From: the human T2T-CHM13v2.0 reference genome, Homo sapiens
Length of the DNA stretch: 64,000 bases
Assembly: GCF_009914755.1 (NCBI RefSeq)
Contig: NC_060925.1
Direction: 5' to 3' (one strand)
The notes below the pieces were generated by a model. It did no database searches. It was given only the letters and a program-made list of their open reading frames with translations, and was not told the DNA's origin. A program made the position numbers and the translations under genes. The stretch's first letter is position 1. Every line of letters starts with the position of its first letter. Shown one piece after another: positions 56,481-64,000 of the stretch.

Positions 56481-58254
56481 CTTAATCATGCTAGAGAATT
56501 GAGCTGAGTAGATTTTACAGAATGGTAGACTATGGGTACACTTTGCTGTGAATGAAAGACGATTTGTGATTTGCTGGAATAAATTTAAAAAAAAAGGTTG
56601 TTCCATGAGCATGTAAGAAAACATGGTTCTATTTAAAATGACACTGTGCCAAAGAGCATTGTTATGTGATTATGTGGATGTTTCTACACGGTGAAATAAA
56701 AGTAACCTTAGTTGTATAATTACAGTTCACTAGTGTAGTGTGGTTCAGTGGCCCACATTTTTTGGCCTTCAATTTTGCCAACACATTAAAAAGTTTCATA
56801 TTGTGCCTTGAATATAATATGGTGATGGATTTTGACATACAACTGACCCTCTTGGTCCTGTTTAATGCAGTTTTGCCTTCAACTCTTAGATTATTTGATT
56901 TATAATTGTAATCTTAGCACTATTTTTGTTCTCCATCTTCTCATTTCATCCTTCATTTTGTTTTCTTTCACTGACTTGAGTTTGCTTGATATCTGCTTTC
57001 CCATATTTGCTCCTTACAGTCCTGTTTTATGAGTCACTTTTACAAGACAGAGTGGGATTCTGGTTTTGCCTTAGCAAGGGAGAATTTCCTTTTGATATAC
57101 TTTTTCAACCCAATTACATATATTGACTTTACTAATTTATTTAGTTCTATTTTTGATGCTTAGTTTAATGCTTTCTAAAAAATGCCTTATTGCCATTTTC
57201 TGTTTTTCCAATCTACTGCAAAATGTGCACCTTGTTTTTATTTTAGTGATCTTATTTTAAATATTTATCTTTACATTTACATTTTTAAAACATGTTTTAG
57301 TTTATACTTCTCCAATTATTACTCAATAATAAAATCCTCTCTTAGTTCCTCTGTGCTCTCCACCTGTACCTGCTACCACCATTTGTGTATTCTAGTTTTA
57401 CATATTTAGATTATATATTTGACCTCATCAACAGTTACTGCCTTTTTAAATGAAAATGTTTGCAGATATTTTTCTTTTGTGTTCTGGCCACCAACATACA
57501 GATTACAGAGCATACAGAATTTCTCTAAGTTGTTTGAGACTAAAATAGTTTATTTGTGGAATACACTTGAAAAACATTGATTTGAAGTAATTCCCTCTTC
57601 AGTAAGAATCAAACTGGAATTATCTGCAGTCATATGTGCAAACCAAGTTGGTTAAAATACCGTATGATTGATTCAGTTAAATAGTTGTAAGTATTGTTTT
57701 GGACTGACTTGAGTTGTCTTTGACTAATTGTTTAAGATGACTATATAAACTTCGGAAAGTATTTTCTAACTTTCATTGTTTTTTTGAAGAGTTAGAAGTT
57801 GGCTACAACTATGACACAACAGAGAAACTGGAAGAGCCAGATTAGAAGTAACACGTGGATTAATGTATGTATATGTCTATACTTATGTGTGCGTGTGTGT
57901 GTGTGCACACATAACAACCTTTAATCTTTTTTGAATGGATTTTTGGAAATATCTGCCTTTATATCTAGAAATATCAGCAGCCACTACTAAGAGTCCGTTG
58001 TCTATGTGAAATGTCTGTTCCAAGCATGTCCTTGTGTGTGAATATGACTGGAAATGTTTACAGAATATTTTAAAAAGAAAAAGGGGAAGAATTGATATAA
58101 TTTTAATACAATGTTGTATACAAAATATGCTTATGATGTGAAAGATATTTCTAAAATTAAAGAAACAAAGTATTATTACCCTAGGACAAGTTACCTTTGA
58201 TTCATTCTTCCTTGCTATTTCCTTCAGTTTCTCTCCTTCTGACTTTCATTGATT

Positions 58255-58352
58255 GATTTTTTCTTTCTCTCCTCTGCTTCGCCATCTTTTTTTGCTTCCC
58301 TTTCCCTTCCTTTCTTTCTCTCTCTCTCTCTCTTGCTCATCCTTTCTATTCT
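58255..58352. repeat. Pyrimidine-rich (CT/CTTT) low-complexity tract
   Basis: TTTTTTCTTTCTCTCC..TTCTTTCTCTCTCTCTCTCTC. Confidence 0.75.
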
Positions 58353-58424
58353 CTGGCCAGTTTCCCCTCCCTCTGGCATTTTTTTGCAATTGTTTTCTAA
58401 GTATGAAATAAGGTCTCTCTTTTG

Positions 58425-58557
58425 CTGCAGCTGCTACTCCATCCCCTGCTGCACTAAATTGACACTTGGGCAAGCAATGGCTCTCGTCAGTCACTCCGAA
58501 GCTGCTACTTCCAGAAGTGTCGATTTAGTGCAGCGGGGGATGAGGTGCCAGCTGCAG
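58425..58557. other. Long inverted repeat / hairpin of unknown family
   Basis: 28-nt arms 58440-58467 and 58515-58542 (26 Watson-Crick + 2 T:G), plus outer 9-bp CTGCAGCTG/CAGCTGCAG. Confidence 0.9.
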
Positions 58558-60456
58558 AAGTAGGGCACAGAAAAACTCAACAAAAGACTCTGCCTTCCCT
58601 TATTGTATGTGATATTTGGTAGGAGGAAGAGGGGGTAGAAGTCACCAAAATCAAAAATAAAAAACTGAAACAATAATAATAAGGCACCAGGAAGAACACT
58701 GGAATTTAAAAACATGTGGCTTTAGTAACTGTAGCAGATTTATGGAGAGACTGGAAGAAGGCAAAGAAAAGTCTCAATTGCAGTTAATTTCCTTTCACTT
58801 GGTTTCAAAACTAGCTGAAAATGCTGAAAATCCAGACATTTAATTCTGCTTGAGTGACATGTACTCATCGGTCATGGTGATTTCCTTAAGCATCCCCCAA
58901 AACATGCATATATCCCATTGATTTGGGTGAGAAATTGCCAGTCTGCAATGGGAAACGTGTAAACTCTCAACTTCCCTTGGCAAGTCTTGCTTTTCATTTC
59001 CTGTTGACAAAAACACCTACTCTGCTTAATTGAAAGTCCTTCATGAACATTAACACTACAGGCATCTGGTTAAGTGTAAACTCAATAGGTAGCTCTTCCA
59101 CACCTATAGTAAAATTGTAGTCATATATAAGTATACGTATTCTAAAGATAAAGAGATTTATTTTTTGGAGCTATCTCCACCTCTATGCCCCTCTATTAGT
59201 TCAGATAATTTTCTATATTTCTGTGACTATGGGCTCTGTTTTATCATGACCATAGACCGACTACAGGAGATGAATTTCAAAATGCTACATGCAATGCATT
59301 TTTGTTGCATACATTGGGTTCTTTTCTAAAGTAACCATTTCAAATAAAGCCAGTTTCAAAAGTGGCACTGTAGAAGCAAAAAATGCATGTGTTACTTATG
59401 CTGAATTTTGACCCTTTTATTCATTATGCACTCTTTCAGGTGAACTGCTATGGTAATTTGCTTTTCTTATGAAATGTAAAATGAAAGTATCTTTTGTGTC
59501 AAGGAGTTCTGATATAGCTCCTTTAGAAGGACTTAGTATCTAGGTCAGTTGGCTTTCTTAAACCTGAAATAAATGAGATCTTTGATAGTGCAGTACCATG
59601 GCTTCAGGGCATAGATTAAAGGAGAAAAGGGCTTTTGCTAAGACAACTGGGAAAAAAAAAACCATCTTTGTATGTTGACTTATTTTTGTCTCCTCATATT
59701 AGAAAGACCCAGGATACAATTTTTATCAAAGTGCTTCTTTTATTCTATGACCCCTTTGTTTGTTAAATATATTTTAAACTATACTTAAGTAGACACATGT
59801 TAATTGTCTATTTAAGTAGACATGTTAAGTCTCTGATATGCACTGAGAATTGCTCTTTACTAGGTACTAATAGGGAACATGAAAGAAAGTGGTGACAGAT
59901 CTGTCCATCAATTTGCAAAGATTTAATGCATGATCACTGAAAGGTGAGGGTTAATCAGGAAATGCCCCATGGAACAGGAAGATTTTGAAGACTGCTTTAG
60001 ACTTACAAGAGCAAAAAATGTTGGACTCTCAAACAGAAATACAGGCAACAGAAACTCAAAATCATAGGTGAGGGGATCGGCAAACTGACTTCTAAGAAGT
60101 GGAGAAACAGGAAAGATGAATATGACAGGATGCTGGGGTGAACAAGAAGACTTCACCAAACTGATGGTCCTTAAACCTAGGCTGCAGTGTTAACTTGATA
60201 TGTTAGGTGTTGGTGAACTCTGTATTACAGAATACATATGGACTAAATGGATGGAATTTATAATCTAAGAGGATCATTCTAATTTTTCAGCCTATTCATT
60301 ACTGTTGGTCTTCCTTAGGGATTCTGCCCTTGCCAGTGTTTTCTTCTTGCTCTACATCAAGAGCATTTTACCTGGATTCCAAGATGGACCCCAGAGTCAT
60401 ACTGTATCACACTATAGCATTTTGTTTTCCATGACTGTAGTTGCTTTCATATTCTC

Positions 60457-63131
60457 TGTATTAGTCTGTTTTCACAGTGCTATAAAGATACTTTATAAGC
60501 ACTGAGTAATTTCTTTTTAAAAAGGAGGTTTAATTTACCAACAGTTCCACGTGGCTTGAGAGGACTCAGGAAACTTACAATCATGGTGGAAGGTGAAGAG
60601 GAAGCAAGGCATGTCTTCACAAGGCAGTGGAGGTGGGGAGAGAGAGAGAGAGGGAGAGAAAGAGAGAGAGAGAGTGGTCAGGGGAAACTGCTACTTTTAA
60701 AACATCAGATCTCATGAGAACTCCCTCACTATCAAGAGAATAGCATGGAGAAACCGCCCGCATGATCCAATCACCTCCCTCCAGGTCCCTCCCTTGACAC
60801 ACAGGGATTACAATTCCAAATAAGATTTGTGTGGGAACACAGAGACAAACCATATTATTCACCGTCTGGCCCCTTCCAAATCTCATGTTCCTTTCACATT
60901 TCAAAACCAATCATACCTTCCCAACAGTCCCCCAAAGTCTTCACTCATTCCAGCATTAACTCAAAACTCCAAGTCCAGAGTCTCATCTGAGATGAGCTGA
61001 GTCCCTTTCGCCTATGAGCCTGTAAAATCAAAAGGAAGTCAGTTACTTCCAAGAGATAATGGGGGTACAGGCATTGGGTAAATGTTCCCATTACAAATGG
61101 AAGAAATTGGCCAAAGCAAAAGGGGCCACAGGCCCTATCCAAGTCCAAAACCCAGTAGGGCACTTGTTAAATCTTAAAGCTCCAAAATGATCCCCTTTGA
61201 CTTCATGTCTCAAATCCAGGGCACAGTGATGCAAGGAGTGGACTCCAAGGGTGTTGCATAGCTCTGTCCTTGTGGCTCTGCAGGGTACAGCCCCTGCAGC
61301 TGCTTTCATGGCCTGGCATTGAATCCCTGCAGCTTTTCCAGGAACCTGGTGCAAGCTGTTGGTGGATCTACCATTTTGGGGTCTGGAGGACAGTGGCCCT
61401 CTTCTCACAGTTCCACTAGGCAGTGACTTAGTGGTGACTGTGGGTGGGCTCCAACCCCACATTTACCCTCTGTGTTGCCCTAGTAGAGGTTCTCCATGAG
61501 GGGGTCTGCTCCTGCAGCACACTTCTGCCTGGACATCCAGACGTTTCCATACATCCTCTGAAATCTAGGTGGAAGCTCCCAAAGCTCAACTCTTCTCTTC
61601 TGCACACCCACAGGCTCAACACCATGTGGAAGCCACCAAGGCTTGGGGCTTACATCCTCTGAAGCAGTGGCCCGAGATGTACCTTGGCCCTTATAGCCAT
61701 GGCTGGAGCTGGAGCAGCTGGGACCCAGGGCACAAAGTCCCGAGGCTGCACAGAGCAGCTGGGCCCTGGGCCTGGCCTGTGAAATCATTTTTCCTCATAG
61801 GTCTCTGGGACTGTGATGAGAAGGGCTGCCTTGGAAATCTCTGAAATGCTCTGGAGACATTTTTCCTATTGTCATTGTAATTAACAGTCACTTCCTCATT
61901 ACTTGTGCACATTTCTGCAGCTGGCTTGAATTCCTCCCCAGAAAATGTTTTTTTATTTTCTATTGCATTCTGAGGCTGCAATAAAGATTTTCCAGACTTT
62001 AATGCTCTGCTTTCCTTTTAAACATAAGTTCCAATTCCAAACTCTCTCTTTGTGAATGCATAAAACTGAATGCTATTTTTGGTCACCCAGGCTGGAGTGC
62101 AGTGGTGCAATCTTGGCTCACTGCAACCTCCAACTCCCGGGTTCAAGTGACAAGCTTCAGCCTCCTGTGTAGCTGGGATTACAGGCATTCACCACCATGC
62201 CCAGCTAATTTTTGTATTTTTAGTAGAGACAGGGTTTCACAATGTTGGCCAGACTGGTCTCAAACTCCTGACCTCATGTGATATGCCCACCTCGGCCTCC
62301 CAAAGTGCTGGGATTACAGGTGTGAACCACCATGTCCAGCCAAAACTGAATGCTTTTAAGAGAACCCAGGTCACATCTTCAATGCTTTGCTGCTTAGAAG
62401 TTTTTTCTGCCAGATACCCTAAATCATCATCTCAAATTCAAAGTTCTGTAGATTTCTAGGGCAGGAGCAAAATGTCTCCAGTCTCTTTGCAAAATCATAG
62501 CAAGAGTGACCTTTACTCCAGTTCTCAGTAAATTTCTCATCTTTATCCAAGACCAGTTCAGCCTGGACTTCATTGTCCATATTACCATGAGCCAGCATTC
62601 TGGTCAAAACCATTCAACAATTCTCTAGGAAATTCCAAACTTTTCTCCATCTGTCTTCTAAGCCATCCAAACTGCTCCAACCTCTGCCCGTTACCCAGTT
62701 CCAAAGTCATTTCCACAATTTTAGGTTATCTTTATAGCAGTGCTCTCTCCTGGTACCAATTCTCTGTATTAGTCTGTTTTCACACTGCTGTAAAGATACT
62801 ACTTGAGACTGGGTAATTTATAAAGAAAGGAGGTTTAACTAACTCACATTTCTGCATGGCTGGGGAGGACTTAGGAAACTTAGAATCATGGTGGAAGGTG
62901 AAGAGGAAGCAAGGCACATCTTCATAAAGCAGCAGGAGAGAGAGCGAGCTCAGGGGAAACTGCCACTTTTAAATGCATCAGATCTTGTAAGAACTCCCTC
63001 ACTATCATGAGAACAGTATGGGGGAAACTGCCCCCATGATCCAGTCACCTCCCACTGGGTCCCTACCTTGACATATGGAGATTTCAAGCCAAGATGACAT
63101 TTGTGTGGGGACACAGAGCAAAACCATATTA
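60457..63131 (-). mobile_element. LTR-internal-LTR MaLR element, MSTA/THE1D-like (3' LTR 60457-60857, internal 60858-62764, 5' LTR 62765-63131)
   Basis: Two homologous antisense LTRs, both TGTATTAGTCTGTTTTCACA...AAACCATATTA; reverse PPT TTCACCGTCTGGCCCCTTCC next to the left LTR; internal region homologous to the THE1 internal at 30.7-32.6 kb. TSD not clean. Confidence 0.92.
62076..62341 (-). mobile_element. AluS in the MaLR internal region, 3'-shortened
   Basis: Perfect 13-bp TSD AAAACTGAATGCT (62062-62074, 62342-62354). Confidence 0.93.
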
Positions 63132-63199
63132 ATATTACTCCAAAGGTATTTATCACATTGAATTTAGGAACCACTTCTCTAAACAGACTTTCTGGAAAA

Positions 63200-63575
63200 T
63201 CTTATTCAGAGTTAATTCTTTAGCTACTACTTCCTTTGATAATTTCCACATTCATAATGACAACTTAGTTGTTCATTACCTTCAGATCTTTACCTCCAAA
63301 GGCTTCCTAGACAAGTCCACCTGGCCATCTCACAGGTACTTCAAACTCAGCAAGTTGAACACTCACCTTGCTGTTATTCTATCTTCTTCATAAATGGCAA
63401 CTCTTTTAGTCTTCCTGAGATGCCTAATTAATGACGACTACACATGGAACAACAGCGAAGTTAAAAATGTCTTTATTCTCTTTACACTGCCATCCAAACA
63501 GTCATCGAATTCTTTTAAGTCTACCTATTTGATAACTTCTCCCCATCCTCATTTCCAGTGCGTCCACACAGGTTT
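63200..63575 (+). mobile_element. L2 fragment
   Basis: CCTAGACAAGTCCACCTGGCCATCTCACAGGTACTTCAAACTCAGCAAG. Confidence 0.6.
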
Positions 63576-63577
63576 TT

Positions 63578-63870
63578 GGATCTTTTGTTTCTCTATCTTT
63601 CCCTTCTTTTCTTTTCTCCCTCATGAACTCCTCCACTTCTTCCTTTTCTTCCTCTTCTCTCTCTCTTTCTCTTTCTTTTTCTTAATCTAGTCTCACCTTT
63701 ATTGTTTTACTAGCCTTCTGTCTTGTCTCAATTATCCTACCTTTTCTAAGGTGTTATTCAAAGTATCATCAGGATGATCCTTTCCTTCCTTTTGTTTTCC
63801 TTCCTTTCTTCCTCTTTTCTTTTCTTTCTCCTTTCCTCCCTTTCTTCATTCCTTTCTCTCTTGATCTTTC
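63578..63870. repeat. Pyrimidine-rich low-complexity region
   Basis: Interrupted CT/CTT/CTTT runs. Confidence 0.65.
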
Positions 63871-63871
63871 A

Positions 63872-64000
63872 CTTTTTGAAATTTAAAAAATACAGAACAA
63901 CCCAAAAAAGAAAATAGCAATAACCCATGTCTTCACCACCCAGAATTAATCACTGCTGAAATTTAGGCACAATTGCATATATTCTTCTTTTATTTTAATA
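63872..64000 (-). mobile_element. Old L1ME 3' end fragment
   Basis: CTTTTTGAAATTTAAAAAATACAGAA..ACCCATGTCTTCACCACCCAGAATTAA. Confidence 0.45.

Noticed and set aside
58249-58563. 104-aa hydrophobic ORF spanning the hairpin
   Set aside because: The N-terminal half is the CT-rich tract, the start is non-ATG, and there is no recognisable homology.

Overview
Primate (human-like: AluY/S/J, THE1, MST, MER52) non-coding genomic DNA, AT-rich and more than half covered by interspersed repeats. I see no intact protein-coding gene, tRNA/rRNA gene, CRISPR array or CpG island. The listed ORFs are either broken L1 ORF1/ORF2 remnants or chance frames in Alu, LTR and microsatellite sequence. Main content: several decayed L1s, mostly on the minus strand, including a near-full-length L1MA-type copy at about 16.5-23.2 kb; two LTR-internal-LTR MaLR elements (THE1B-like, + strand, 30375-32962, perfect GCTCC TSD; MSTA/THE1D-like, - strand, 60457-63131), each carrying an Alu; a 2.4-kb GC-rich MER52-type solo LTR with an ATAT TSD; several solo MaLR LTRs; DNA transposon relics (Tigger3/Tigger4, MER20, MER33); ten Alus; L2/MIR fragments; and a 226-bp GA/GAAA tract. 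The most notable unexplained structure is a ~135-nt hairpin with a 28-bp stem at 58425-58557 in otherwise unique sequence, a candidate ancient palindromic element or structured RNA. Subfamily names are from memory of consensus sequences and need RepeatMasker/Dfam confirmation. Boundaries of old elements are approximate.
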